Below, one piece after another: positions 22,761-35,362 of a stretch of DNA of 64,000 nt. The notes beneath the pieces are model-generated. The model was not told the origin of the DNA and did not search any database. It was given only the letters and a program-made list of their open reading frames with translations. Source of the stretch: Eledone cirrhosa (lineage: Eukaryota). Positions within the stretch are counted from its first letter, which is position 1. The number at the start of each line of letters is the position of its first letter. The DNA lies in assembly GCA_964016885.1 (NCBI GenBank), contig OZ024740.1, positions 212,288,001-212,352,000 of the forward strand. The letters run 5' to 3'. A program made the translations under genes and the position numbers.

Positions 22761-25700
22761 CTAGCAGAAGTACCCGGCGTTGCCCGGGTGTAAGTCGACC
22801 TTTGCTCTGTTGTTAAAATGTGTGAAAGTTACTTCCCGCGCATCACAGGTGCAAAAACCTTCGAACCTCAAGGAAAAAAACAGAGGTTAGTAGACGCAGG
22901 TGTGTAATTAAGTATAAATAATGGATCAGTTGTAGGTTCACAGTGTATCGTTGAAATTGTTCTTTGCACGACTGACGGAAGTCAAATTCACTTGAAATTG
23001 AATTTTCAGTTGATTTTTAAAGCAGGGTGAAATAGTCGATTTTTTTTAAAGTTTTTTTTTTTTTTACAATTTTCGCGCTCACATGTGCAGAAGAAGAAAT
23101 AAAAGGGACTTTATCTGAACTGCGGCATAATGGCGAGTCTTTTGCGACAGTTTTCAATAAAATCGGACGTTCCTGTAAAACGTTTTCCCATGTGCAACTT
23201 TGGTCCTTCACGAGTGCCATGGCTCACCATGCGGAATCCCTGCAACCGTCAATCCCGGCCATCTCCCTTCCCTGCACACCGTCGACCGAACTGCATCGTT
23301 ATGCCTCACCCTGCCGCATCCATGATCTGTCAGCCGCCATCCCCTCCTCAGCCCTTTATTTTGCCTGCCCGCCGTGCTCCTTCAAGACTGCCATGCCTAA
23401 CCAAGCCGCATCCCTGCCACCGTCAAACCCTGCTCTCTCCCTTGCCCGCACGCCTTGGTCCCCCACGACTGCCATGGCTCACCATGCGGCATTCCTGCCC
23501 TGTCAGTAACTTGCTCAAATGTCATCAACATGGTTTATTCCTGCGCCGCACATAACCGCCCATTATCTCAGACCAAAGACAACACCGAACATGAAGACGA
23601 TCCTGTGTAAGTCTTTTTACATTCAGTTTGACCATATTTAACAAAATTAAACAAAAATTCATCCCTTTCTCCTCCAAAGCCTACCGACCATGTATGGCCG
23701 ATAAACATCCTGCCTTGCACCCGGTTTTCTCAAACAATCATCGTGCCTCCCGGGGTGCTCTCTACATTCCCGAGGTGCAACTCAATTGGCATGCCGCATT
23801 CCCGCCCTGTCAGCCGCTATGCACCCTGCCTTTTCGTCATGCCTCATCATGTTGCATCCCTGCCCTGTCAGCCGTCATCCACTCCCCGATCCACTGCCTA
23901 AGCATGGCAGTCTTGAGGGACCAAGTCGCATTTCTGCCACCGCCAACCCCTGCCCTCTTCCTTCTCTGCACGCCGTCGTCCCACTGCATCGTCATGCATC
24001 AGGATGCCGCATCCATGCACTGTCAGCCACCATCCCCTCCTCGGCCCTTTCTTTTGCCTGACCGCCGTACTCCTTCAAGACTCCCATGGCTATCTATGCC
24101 CCATCAATTCCTTTCCACCTGCTTAAACGTCATCAGCATGGCTTATTTTTGCCCCATTTGACCACCGATTTTCGCAGGCTAAACACAATACCAACGTGCA
24201 CGATAGTCCATGGCAAATCTTTTTAATTACATGTTCATCATGCTAAGCAAAGGATGAATAGCAACTCTTTCATTTCTCCTGACCTGCCTTTCTGTCAATT
24301 ATGGCCGAGAAGCATCCTGTGTAGCATCGCGTCTTCTCAAGCTATCAGCGTGCCTTCCACTGTCCTCATAATTGACTCACAACGCCGCATCTATTCCCTG
24401 CGACGCCCCTAAACATCATCAGCATGGCTTATTTTTCTGCCGCGTTTAACCGGCCCTCATTCTAGGCCATAAACAACAAAACCGCACGATGATGCTGCGT
24501 AAGTCTATTTAAATTAATGGTCAACATGTTCAGCAAAGCAATTGTACCAATTCTTCCTCTTCACCTCCAAGGCTTATCCATTACATCTTAGGGTCGGGGT
24601 TTGCAATTTCTACGATTTCAATATTGACACAACAGTCCGCCAGATCTTTTGGCACATGTTGCTCCGATAGGAATATCAACGTGATTTTCACTTAATTCGT
24701 AAGTGTTCAGTCTTCCGTATGCTTTTATTTTTTATTGATACAACACCGACTACAATCATCTAACTTCACTTTGTAGGCTAGACGCGAATCACAAGGAAAA
24801 CAATCCTCTGATATACAACCCCACCAAATTCTTTGGTCTACCTAAATTTCAATGGCTATATCCTTTGCTTTTGTACGGTTATATATTTGACAATGTCGCA
24901 AAACATTATTCCACTTGATTCTTACCTTTCAGCTATGAATTGGGCAGTGCCTTAACATCCCGGTTTATTTGCGTGCAATTTTTTGGTATCTTATGAATGG
25001 AGAATCAAAAACCCTTTTTCTCATAACCTGATACATGCGTTACACATGCTCCATGGATGTTTGTGGACTATTTTATCACAGATTGGAGCACAAAAAGAAA
25101 CGTTTGTTCTTCATTTATTTCGGTTAAAGAATCCTGCTGGAATTTAGCGCAGACCCGTTTAAATCCATTGCCTTATAACCCCGAGTGTAACCAGGTACAC
25201 CAGCTAGAAAGACAAATGGAAACATTGTTTCCTCGGTCCGATTTGACGAGAGTCGATTTAGTTCCACAACAAATTAACAAACCATACTTGAAGACACGTT
25301 GAGGCTGTTGCAAAGGGCAATAACCCTAGACACAATTTTGATCAACTTTTTTTCACCTATAGCAAATTTACCGGAAAGGTTTTTAGCTACTCAAATCTAC
25401 TTCAGAGGTCACGCATTCATGTAAAAAAATCAATAAAACTGAAGCGGGGTTCGACTTTGCGCAAAAAACAAGGCAAAGTTGCACATGGGTGAACTTTTTA
25501 CAGTAACGTTCGATTTTATTGAAAACTGTCGCAAAAGACTCGCCATTATGCCGCGGTTCAGATAAAGTCCCTTTTATTTCTTCTTCTGCACATGTGAGCG
25601 CGAAAATTGTAAAAAAAAAAAAAACTTTAAAAAAAATCGACTATTTCACCCTGCTTTAAAAATCAACTGAAAATTCAATTTCAAGTGAATTTGACTTCCG

Positions 25701-25915
25701 TCAGTCGTGCAAAGAACCATTTCAACGATACACTGTGAACCTACAACTGATCCATTATTTATACTTAATTACACACCTGCGTCTACTAACCTCTGTTTTT
25801 TTCCTTGAGGTTCGAAGGTTTTTGCACCTGTGATGCGCGGGAAGTAACTTTCACACATTTTAACAACAGAGCAAAGGTCGACTTACACCCGGGCAACGCC
25901 GGGTACTTCTGCTAG
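22761..25915. mobile_element. Two non-autonomous Helitron segments with outward-facing 3' ends and internal GC-rich subrepeats
   Basis: ACCCGGGCAACGCCGGGTACTTCTGCTAG|T hairpin plus CTAG at 25887-25915(+), mirrored at 22761(-); repeated blocks within 23200-24560. Confidence 0.75.
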
Positions 25916-26869
25916 TATATATATATAGTATATTTGGCAATATACCGTATGTTTAATTAAAAACATTTTGAAGACCTTACGCTATCATTTTCAAAGTAGT
26001 GACTTTGTCACTTACTTCTTTTCGTCGAAAGAAGGGAGAGAAGCTAACAAACAGTCTGTTTCACGCTGCTGGCGATCATCAGAGCTACGTGCTCCCTGCC
26101 TTCCCCGAAAATTATAGAAGCTGAATTCTTATAGAATTCTAGTAATAATCATAATATATATACATATATATGTATGAAGAGATATATTTGATATATCTCA
26201 TATGAAATAATACAGCCAATTTCCCACACAATGCAATTAGTTAGCACCCCGAACGTTTAATTAGGAATATACACTCTTATTTCCTAATGTTTGTTGAGTG
26301 AGTTGGGATTTGGCCGGAGTATCGCTATTAGCTTTCTCCGATAATATATATATATAAGTTAAAACAATGAAATAAAAAATCAAATCATTAGAAATATACT
26401 TCACTGTTTTACGATTGTTTTTAGGTGATGATAACACATAGTAACTATACTTCGATATCGATCTATGTAAGGTTAGTTACAAAATATCAGATAAAGAGAA
26501 TATTTACTTACATGCATATCACCAGCTGTTTTCAAAAGCAATAATAATTTTATTCAAAATTAGTAGTAAATTAGTATTATGTTTAGTTCTATGACCTTGT
26601 TTGGAGGTAGTTGAAGAACTAACCAATCAGATTGTTTTTTCTATATGATGTGAAGATGAAAAATAATTCTCTTTAGTTGAGGTCATGACGGTAAACCCCA
26701 AATTTCATGCCTTGTGCCTATAGTAGAAATGATTATAACTGGTGAAAATCATCGCCCTCCACCACGTTTGGACCACTGAGCCTCTCCTCCAGGACGTAAT
26801 GGCCCTTTTGTGTCCTTGAGTTTGAGACCCCTCTTCTACACACATACACACACACACACACATATATAT

Positions 26870-27130
26870 ACATTTTACTTTTTTTCTGTCACTGGACTAC
26901 GTCCATGCTGGAGCATCCCCTTGGTAAGTTATGGGGACGTCAACAAACCAACAAGCATTGGTGGGAGGCCAAACACAAACGCAAAGACACACACAGACAT
27001 ATATACATATATACGACGGGCTTATTTTAGTTTCGGTGTATTAAATCCACTCACAGGGCTTTGGTCGGCCCGGTCAATGGAACTGAACCCGGAAACATGT
27101 GGTTGTGAAGCAAGCTTCTTGTCACACTAC
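26870..27130 (-). mobile_element. tRNA-derived SINE of a type I recognise from octopus genomes (internally deleted)
   Basis: ATACGACGGGCTT...AAATCCACTCACAGGGCTTTGGTCGGCCCG...ACTGAACCCGGAAACATGTGGTTG; B-box-like GGGTTCAGTTCC on the minus strand. Confidence 0.65.
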
Positions 27131-27199
27131 GCATATATATATATATAGAATAAGAAAATGCGAAGTAGTTTCATATGTTAAAGTCCTTCATTGATAATG

Positions 27200-27272
27200 C
27201 TGTGATACATATTTCAATGACGACAGTGGCCACACGATTCCGTGTACCCAGTGCCATGACATCATCAGACAG
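27200..27272 (-). ncRNA. Hammerhead candidate with long stem II
   Basis: CUGU-CUGAUGA-...AUGGCAcUGG..ACACG(GAAU)CGUGU..CCAcUGUCGU...-GAAAUAUGUAUC^ACAG; weak pairing at the base of stem II. Confidence 0.55.
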
Positions 27273-27775
27273 TTTCTTACATAATAAGGTTACGTTCCCG
27301 AGGCAATCCAAATTGAATCGACAAGGGAACGGACAAAGCGGGTGTTCTTGAATCCTTCGCCCGTTCCCTTGTGAGTCCCAATTCACCCCACCGGTTTGCG
27401 CAAGCGCAAATCCGAAGGAAGTTGACCATCCACTACCCCAAAACTCTACGAAACTCGCATAGGCTGGTCCCCCAACACCTCAACCAAACAATCAACCCCA
27501 TCTAGGTCGGTAATATGACATGGTTATAGTTTACTACTAGTCGCCCTGCCACTGCCCGTTGACCGAGACCTAGTGGTGGTGGCAGAGTATAAGTTTCAAT
27601 AGGCTTCGATACTACCCCTAAATTATGTTTGGACAGTAGAATTGACCATCACTCGCTAAGAGAATATAAACTTAATTCTAGATTCTATGGTTTCACAGTG
27701 GAAATTATGATTGAAAATTAGAAATTAGAAATTACAAGTTAAAATCTTGATTGAAGTAAACTAAAAAAATATATA

Positions 27776-28419
27776 TGTAGTGACCTACGTTCCGCGGGCT
27801 CATACATTCTCTGAGCGTGATTTGGCTCAGCTCAGCCAATCAGCGCCAGTAGAAGAGAATGTATCTCTGCGCGCCCTGAGGGAAAGGTTCCCGCATTGAC
27901 TTGAAGAATCAGCCTCTCGCTTCCTGACTGTGAAAAGGCAAACAACTAACTTTCTTTCGTCGTGAAATCACTAGCCAACATGTGACGGTGAGATTTTGCA
28001 CTTTGGCCTGCCGGCCTTCCTTGGGCCTTGCACAATGGCACATTCCCTTTTGTAACCTCATTTTATGTGTAACTTCAACCATACAAGTTAACAAACATTA
28101 TTTGTGGTGGATTGGCAGTATTGGTAGAGGGTCGGATGCCATGCTTTGACGTATAGAGTTACGGCCCTTTCCATTCTGAGTTCAAATCCCGCCAAGATTA
28201 ACTTTGCCTTTCATCCTTACGGGGTCGATAAAATAAAGTACCAGTAATGCACTGGGTAATTTCTGGCCTTGTGCCTAATATAGAAACAATTATTTGTGCT
28301 ACAACAAAAATAAACATACATTTCATCTCTAATTTCTGCTGTAGACATCATTATTATGTTACTCGTATACCAATAATATATATATACTACGCTGCTAAAA
28401 GTGGTGACCCCGACGTGAT
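27776..28419 (+). mobile_element. Probable LTR of a second family plus an 18-nt tRNA-Trp PBS
   Basis: Starts TGTAGTG, contains AATAAA near 28310, and is followed by TGGTGACCCCGACGTGAT at 28402-28419; interrupted by a SINE. Confidence 0.6.
28113..28293 (+). mobile_element. Nin/Deu-core SINE
   Basis: Near copy of 19149-19333. Confidence 0.85.
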
Positions 28420-28984
28420 GAATATTTTCAGTTCAAAATATTCCATTTGAAATAAAATTAAAATTGGCAGTGTATGTATAAAAAAAATTTACGCCACGAG
28501 GAAATTTCAAAATGGCTACCACCAAGTACTTCTCTACTACCAGCGATCAGCAGCAACACATGGCTAACTACTAACCAACACCAGGGAATGGCGATGTGGC
28601 AGCTTGTAACTTTACAGACGCAACCACCATACCTTCTGTCTCGTTACCACAGGGACTCGAGAAATTAAGACATCAGTCTTCTCACCACTATGGTGTCAGA
28701 CGTGACTGCCATATTGGTAACTCTAGGCTCTTGAACGCTCGACTTCGATTCTACAGAAGATTCATTGTGACTTTGCTTTAACAACAACAACAACAACAAC
28801 TCTACTAGCTTCCTAGTAAGAGCGATCCCAAAGAAATTTCAAAGAAAAGAAAAGCGAACTTTTTGTTAAAAGAAAAAAAAAACAATTCTTTCTTTCTTCC
28901 TTTTTTTTCAGGCAATGTTTGGACATTTATTTTTTTAAAACTGTATTATATGAAAATTCATTTTTTCTATCATTGTATATATGA

Positions 28985-30780
28985 CTGCACCATTTTCTTG
29001 ATCGGAAACGTGCTGATCGGAAATTCATGTAGTGGTGTGTATCTGTTGGTTTGTAAAATAGGTCTCTTTTGATATTTTCCCCTTCTTTAATGATAAGGAT
29101 ATCCAGAAACGGTAGTTCGTTTTATTACATTTCATGGTAAATGTTATTGCTTCGTGAAGATTGTTTATGATGGGAAAATGTTTGCAGGTCTTATTAGCTT
29201 CTATTCCAGAAGATGAAACAGTCGTCTAGGTAGCGTTTCCAGTTCTGATTAATGTAGGTGGCGAAGTCATGACTGAACGTTTCCTGCAATTGGGAATATA
29301 ATTTTGCCTCTAGGTGACCCATAACGAGTGTTGCATATGTTGAGGCTACTTTGGTGCACATGGCCGTTCCTTTTATTTGTAAATACAGTTCGTTATCGAA
29401 GAGGAAGTGGTTGTTCTCCAAAACTAATTTAAGTCCTTCAAAAATAAACTTTTTGTGGAATCTCTCTGAAATATAATCTGGGTGTTTTGTAATCCAGAAG
29501 TCAACAGCTTCAATTCCTAGGCCATTTGGGATGTTAGTATATAAGCTTGTTACGTCAAAGCTGACTAAGATTGTTTCTTGGTGTACTTTCTGGAGGATAT
29601 AGTTCAGGAATTCCATATCATATCTGATGAAGCTTGGCAATTTTTTTACATGAGGCTTAGACCAGCAACAATTGGGAGTAATATTAAATCGGTTGGTTTT
29701 AGTACTTCGACATATGATGTATTTTATGTTGTTTGGGATTTCTCTGGATTTATGAACTTTCGCCAATCCATAAAAAATGCTAGTTTTTCATTTCAAAGTT
29801 GGTTAAGTAATTGAATTCCGTTGGCGTGAGGTTATGTTGATACTTTGTCGTCAGTCTACCTTGAATCATCGATTTTTTTCTTCACTTTTGCTGATTTTCC
29901 TGTAAAAACCCTCGTCATTCAACTGTTCTCGGACCATATCCTTGTAGTGGTTTTTGTCCATGGTGAAGATTGCTCCACTTTTGTCAGCTTGTTTTATGAT
30001 TATTGAGGTATCTTTTTGTAGCTTGTTTAGTGCTAGCAGTTGGTCTGGAGGAATGTTGCGTTTGTGTTTCGTCTCTGCAATATTTGACTGTGCCGATCGT
30101 CGGGGGTAGGTTATGTATTCCTCCGGGTGTTTGTCTCTATTTAGCGGAGGTTTGAAGTTCTTTTTGTTTTTCACTATTGATACCTCCTCGTATTCTACAC
30201 CCTGGAAGAATTCACCTAAACGCAATTTTCGACAAAAAATTGTGTCTTTTAGAAGGTCGGCTTCATCTGCTTTCACAGTGGATGTGAACTTCAGTCCTTT
30301 TTCTAATAGTTTGATTTCCTGTTGTGTTAATTTCTGGGCCGATATGTTGATTATTTTTGGTTTCTTTGTGTTTTACTCATCAAGTGCCACTTGAAGGGTG
30401 GTGCTTTTTTCTTTTTTTCCTGCATTTGGTGGAAGGCACCTTGTCCTAAAAATAGTAATTGGTTCCGAATATTTTTCATTTGGTTTCTTTTTTTGAAAGC
30501 TTCTTTTTCCAGATTCAGTTCATTCCATTCTTTGAACACATTATGAATGATGGAATTCTGGTCGTGTGTAACTGTTTCAGGGGGGAAGATTTGTTTTTGT
30601 TTATGGCGGTCTGCAATTAGGGAATCAAGTTTTTCGCTATAGCTGCGTGTTTGTTGTTCCATTTCATGTACGACATTGGTAAGAGAATCGTACTTACTTA
30701 TTATTATGGAGAGTTTTTCTGAGATTTCCTGTAATATTGTCTCCGATTTGAGGGATTCAGTAACAGATTTTGAACAGTAA
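28985..30780 (-). mobile_element. Penelope-like element reverse transcriptase pseudogene (Neptune-like)
   Basis: IIKQADKSGAIF, LVSFDVTSLYTNIP, YLQIKGTAMCTKVASTYA, WKRYLDD and LPFLD motifs over several broken frames. Confidence 0.9.
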
Positions 30781-30989
30781 CAGATTTTGAACGTGTGTTC
30801 ACCATTCTATCTTGTACAAAATGGTAGAAAATGTGTGAAATCCTTGGTACAGTTAGGTATTATTTGAGACCCGGGAGTAATTATTTGTAATTAGTTTCAT
30901 CACATAGAACAAAATGCAGGCGAAAGAGTGGAAAAAGCGAGACGCTACCAGAGCAAAAGATAGCAATATAGCGAGGAGTACTGGGAAAC

Positions 30990-31431
30990 CTCTCTTATAA
31001 CTTTTGAGGCAAGCCGGCACGCTCGCAGCATTACCTGGGGTGATGGTGAGGCTGAGGTGTTGGAACAACCAAGTGCCCTCACAAGCATCACCAGTTACCT
31101 CTGTTTGGTGAGCCGCCAGTGAAGATAAGAACATCACTGTCAGTAGCCCGACTCCCCCAAACGTCTCGAACGCCACAGGCTGGATAATGTAGTTAACTGA
31201 CAGAACACAGCATTTTAGGATTTTGTTCCGTTCAGCTGCGGAAGCTGTAGCTCTCGCCCTTACCGCTGTATCCAGGATATGGGAAGAAACAAAAGAGTCA
31301 CTAACTGTGACGTCCCAGGTAAGACACCTGCCTCTTGACCAGGAGCACAGAGTAAGACCGTCAAGTCTTTTCCCATCAATTCTGGACAATCCAGATGGTT
31401 CCAAAATTGAGGGGATGTTTGCCCGGGCCAA
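30990..31431 (-). mobile_element. CRE-clade RLE fragment
   Basis: LEPSGLSRIDGKRLDG...WDVTVSDS...AERNKILK...PVAFETFGGVG. Confidence 0.8.
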
Positions 31432-31659
31432 AGTTCTTAAGTGGTAATAGGACAGTGTGTGTATGTGCGCGCGCGTGATTTTGTCGGCGTTCTTAAATTA
31501 GAGACACGTGCGTGTGTCACTGTTTTTAAGTTATACATATATATATATGTGTATCCCTTTCCTTCCTTTTACACACACATACATTCACACAAACACACAT
31601 ACATATCGCGTGATGGACGGGTGGACAGAAGTCCCTCAAATTTATATACATGTGAAAGG

Positions 31660-32245
31660 AGTTCTACTGAAGAAGTTCGAGAAATGTAAGTATCTTGGAA
31701 CCGTGTTCATGAGTGATGGAAGGCAGGAGGCTTAATTAAGTGCAAGAATTGCGTCAGCCTCAGCATTCAGCAATCAGAAGAAGGGGGTAGGTGTAAAAGC
31801 CAAACTCGCTGTCTTCCTGGTATTCCTGCCAACTCTTACCGGGGATCATGACTCTTGAGTAATGACCAAAATAATACAATTGCAAATAAAAGCGGCAGAA
31901 ATGGGATTCCTCCGAAGGGTCCTTGGAGTAACCTTACTCGATAAAGTGCATAGTTCAGGGACCAGAGAGTCACTCCTGGTAGAGCCGCTACTTCTCCGAA
32001 TTGAGAGATCACAACTCCGATATTATGACCATGTGGCTAGAATGTCTCAGTAAAGAATCGCTGGACACATTTTACAGGCAAAACCAACCGGCAAGAGACC
32101 CCGGGGTAGACTCTGAGCAAGTCACACTTTGGGATCCAGTTGGATCAGTTACAGATGTTTGCTTCTGACAGACTCGCTGGATGGAGTGTTTGAGAAGGAC
32201 TCAGCCCCACGAGCCTCTCAGAAATAAGTGAGCGAAGAAGAAGAT
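31660..32245 (+). mobile_element. RTE-clade LINE 3' fragment
   Basis: VEKFEKCKYLG-like motif and AAEMGFLRRVLGVTLLDKV...IERSQLRYYDHVARM. Confidence 0.75.
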
Positions 32246-32619
32246 ATTGTCAATTTACTTTTCAATTTACATATATATATTTTTGCGTATAATACCAATA
32301 TGCACACTACATATGCTAGCAGAAAACCGCCCATGGGTGGTTTTTCTGCTAGTGATGATAATGATGATGGGGGAAACTATTTTATCAGTAATTTATTCTC
32401 TGAAAAGAAATTTGTTGTATTCTAATTGCAGAGAATAAATATTGCATCATGCATGCATCGTCCCGTAACTCCTGAGGGAGTCACAGCGGCGCTGTATTGA
32501 TATACGGCGTTTCTAGAATATTTTAAAAGCTGGTGGAGCCCAATTCGCTCCAGGTCTGATTTCTTCCAGGGAAGGATAGAGAGTGAGAGAATGGACGTTA
32601 GAAAGAGATATAGAGGAAG

Positions 32620-32780
32620 AATCGACTCTGATACTAGATAGGTACTTATTTTATCGACCTCAAATAAGATCAAAGGTAAAGTTGACCTGACCGAGATTTG
32701 AACTCTGAGAGCAGAATGTCGGAATGAATACCACAAAGCATTCTATCAGACGATCTAACAACACTCTGCTAATTTGCAAC
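32620..32780 (-). mobile_element. Degenerate Nin/Deu-core SINE
   Basis: The plus strand reads GGTACTTATTTTATCGACC...AAAGGTAAAGTTGACC...GAGATTTGAACTC. Confidence 0.65.
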
Positions 32781-32969
32781 GTTTAGAATAAATGTTAAGA
32801 GATGTATAGAAAAGTAAATATGAACAGTATAGTCATGAGAAAAGAAAGTCGTTATAATGGGATTAGTAGCTATAATAGGATTTACACTACAATGGGATTT
32901 GTATGTTAATAGGATGATGTCTCAATACACTTTTATACAAATCTTTTTCTAAACATATGTACATATCAA

Positions 32970-34160
32970 TTATGTTGGTTTCTTCCCAGCTTCATAACAT
33001 ACAGTACCTAATTTAAACCAACCTGATTTATAAAGTTGAAGCTGTGTTTTTGGTTTTTCTTTTTCAACATACATTCCATATATGATTTGCTGATCTGTAC
33101 TTATAAGCTTCAGGGACAAAGCTTTCTTAACAAAGTTTAAATACTCTTGAGTAAATTTGTACAAAACATCATATTTGCCAAGGTTACAGCCACCTGCTAA
33201 ACACACCATATTTCTATAAACAATATTTTTATAGGTTATATTCTTATTAAAACTACCTACGTTAACCGGTAATCGAGATCCTAAAACTGGAAAAACCCAC
33301 AGTCAACTGGGTCAACGACACTTTGAGCGCAGCCAGTTAGAATCTTATCTTTCCTTCACCGATAACAATGTATTTCATGTCTGAAATTATTGACTCAACC
33401 GTAACGAGTTAACACTATGTAGATCTATTTTATTCCCTATTGTATAAATAATATTACAAATAAAAAAAAGAAAAGAAAAAACAGTAGCGGATACCACACA
33501 CATCTAGGACCACATACAACACATAATCAGATAATACACACATCTTTGGAATATTGTTAATCAATTTTTTAGTAATCTACTGATATAAAAATCAGTAGTA
33601 TATTGAAAAATGGAAAAATATGGGGGGGGGGGGGCGTTTCGTGATTTCGACGGACAAAAGGGGGCATTTGGCCTAAATGGGTTGAGAACCTGTGGTATAA
33701 ACAATTAAATTATTAGTGATGTTAGCAAATAGAGACATCCATTTGTAATAGGTGCTGGGCCCATGCTTATTTCCAGGACTTCCCTTTCCAAAGGTTCCTA
33801 TATTAAAATATGCAGTCAATATTGTGAGTTCATTGGAAAGGTTCATGGTTTTTTTTCGGAAGATCTTTTTCAAAAGGGAGAATGTTTTCTTTGATTGAAG
33901 ATATTTCTAAAGATATTTTCGTAACATTTGGTGTTATGATTGCTATATTCAAGTTATCTCCTACTTTCGTCTGATGATCCTGTAAAATACATTATATAGC
34001 AAATTACATTAAGAGATGATATAAGAGAAAAAATAATACAAAATAGATTATATTTTATATGTTATATTCCTTACTATAGGAATAACAAAATATATTTATA
34101 AAACAAAGAAATGACTAGTGAAAAAATCATGGACAAAATTATTTATAAACCAAAGAAATG
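32970..34160 (-). pseudogene. Disrupted HtrL/YibB (WlaTC)-like putative glycosyltransferase gene
   Basis: N-terminal LTILTAYFNIG...YYKWMSLFANITNNLIVYT and C-terminal LAGGCNLG...F...Y...STDQQII match family motifs as I recall them. GT-AG intron 34074-33980; +1 shift in an A8 run (33849-33856); central region replaced by 33259-33694. Confidence 0.6.
33259..33694 (-). mobile_element. Insertion with a hAT/Charlie-like terminus plus a dispersed repeat
   Basis: The minus strand starts CACAGGTTCTCAACC, similar to Charlie-type CAGGGGTTCTCAACC TIRs; 33259-33530 recurs inverted at 57841-58071. Confidence 0.5.
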
Positions 34161-34309
34161 TTTACAAAAAATTATTATAAAGTGTGAATTATTGGAGCTA
34201 AATGTAACAAAGGAATCTCTGTAACAAATATATCTGGCTTTTATCAAAATCTGTTACATGATGAAATATATAAAACTAAATTTTTTTAATAATATATCTT
34301 ATTTTTAAT

Positions 34310-34880
34310 AAATTAATTCACTGTTGTATAAATAACATTACAAATATGAATAGACATATGAAAGAAAAAGAAAAAAAGAAAAGTAAAAAAGGTAATAGGA
34401 AAACCAAGCAATGAACATGGTAGGGAAGGGGTAAAGAAGGGCTGATCAGACTGCATGGGAAAGTAGGAGAAATGCCATAAATGAAAGGAAAGTGAGGCAA
34501 AAGGCAAGGACTATGAGGTTATGTAATAAAGAGATAGAAAAGGGGAGAGGGTAATAGGCCCTATGCCTGGGGCAGGGCAGTGTTTAGGCTGCACTCCGCG
34601 GACAAAACTGCAAAGGTATTTTTGTGGACAATGGCCAGTGACACCCACTGCAACAGCCACCCCACCTCGTGGTGTTCCTTCCTCAGACAAGCTGCTGACA
34701 ATCCGATTTTACGGAGGAACTCGGCAGTATGGTATCCAAGGACGCCTGAGGTCTCAATGGCAACCGGTGTGATGAGGAAGCGGCTGGACAAACCCTGGTA
34801 TTTGCTTGTCTTTCTGTTCTCTGTATTGCAAGCCTCAGTACAGGGGTCTGTGGCTGAAGCTACAGTGCTGGAGGTGGAGA
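34310..34880 (-). mobile_element. CRE-clade 3' fragment with pyrimidine-rich 3' UTR
   Basis: ENRKTSKYQGLSSRFLITPVAIETSGVLG...LLQWVSLAIV. Confidence 0.75.
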
Positions 34881-35109
34881 ACATGTCCCGTTTTTATTAT
34901 TTCTTTTAAACAATTACACTGAAATTAAAGAAATCTTTCAATAAGCATGAAACATTATCGTCTCTGTGTAATGACAATATCAAAAATAATCAAGTGACTT
35001 TCTCATGATTTGAAACCTGTACACGGTTGATATTTATTTTATTTCATTTGCCTAAGAGGATAAAAGTCATAATTAAATTGTAATTATTATTATTATTATT
35101 ATTATTGTT

Positions 35110-35318
35110 ATTCCTTGAATCTCAGTCATTGATGTTGGTTAACTGGAAAGTCCGTTGGAATGAATATCAAGCCACTACCTGCAGCCTCAGATATTCAGGA
35201 CGTATCGGAGGGTTCTTGCTGTTCCAAGCAAGCATGCCTTTTGAAGCGTTCCAAAAAGCGTGAAGGGGCCGATTTTCTTTAACCATCTCTGGAAACTTTT
35301 GGAGATAGTCCCCAGTGC

Positions 35319-35320
<2 letters not shown>
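35110..35320 (-). mobile_element. R4/Dong LINE short 3' fragment in (ATT)n
   Basis: Near copy of 41278-41487, flanked by ATT repeats. Confidence 0.85.

Positions 35321-35362
<42 letters not shown>

Noticed and set aside
23130-24161. Pro-rich ORFs of 90-177 aa
   Set aside because: They arise from GC-rich Helitron internal subrepeats and show no domain motif.
28690-28704. TGGTGTCAGA resembling a tRNA-Leu PBS
   Set aside because: Only about 10 matching nt and no adjacent LTR end.
29620-33980. Isolated CTGATGA words at 29624 and 33971 (also 63005)
   Set aside because: No stem II followed by GAAA and a UH site; chance matches.
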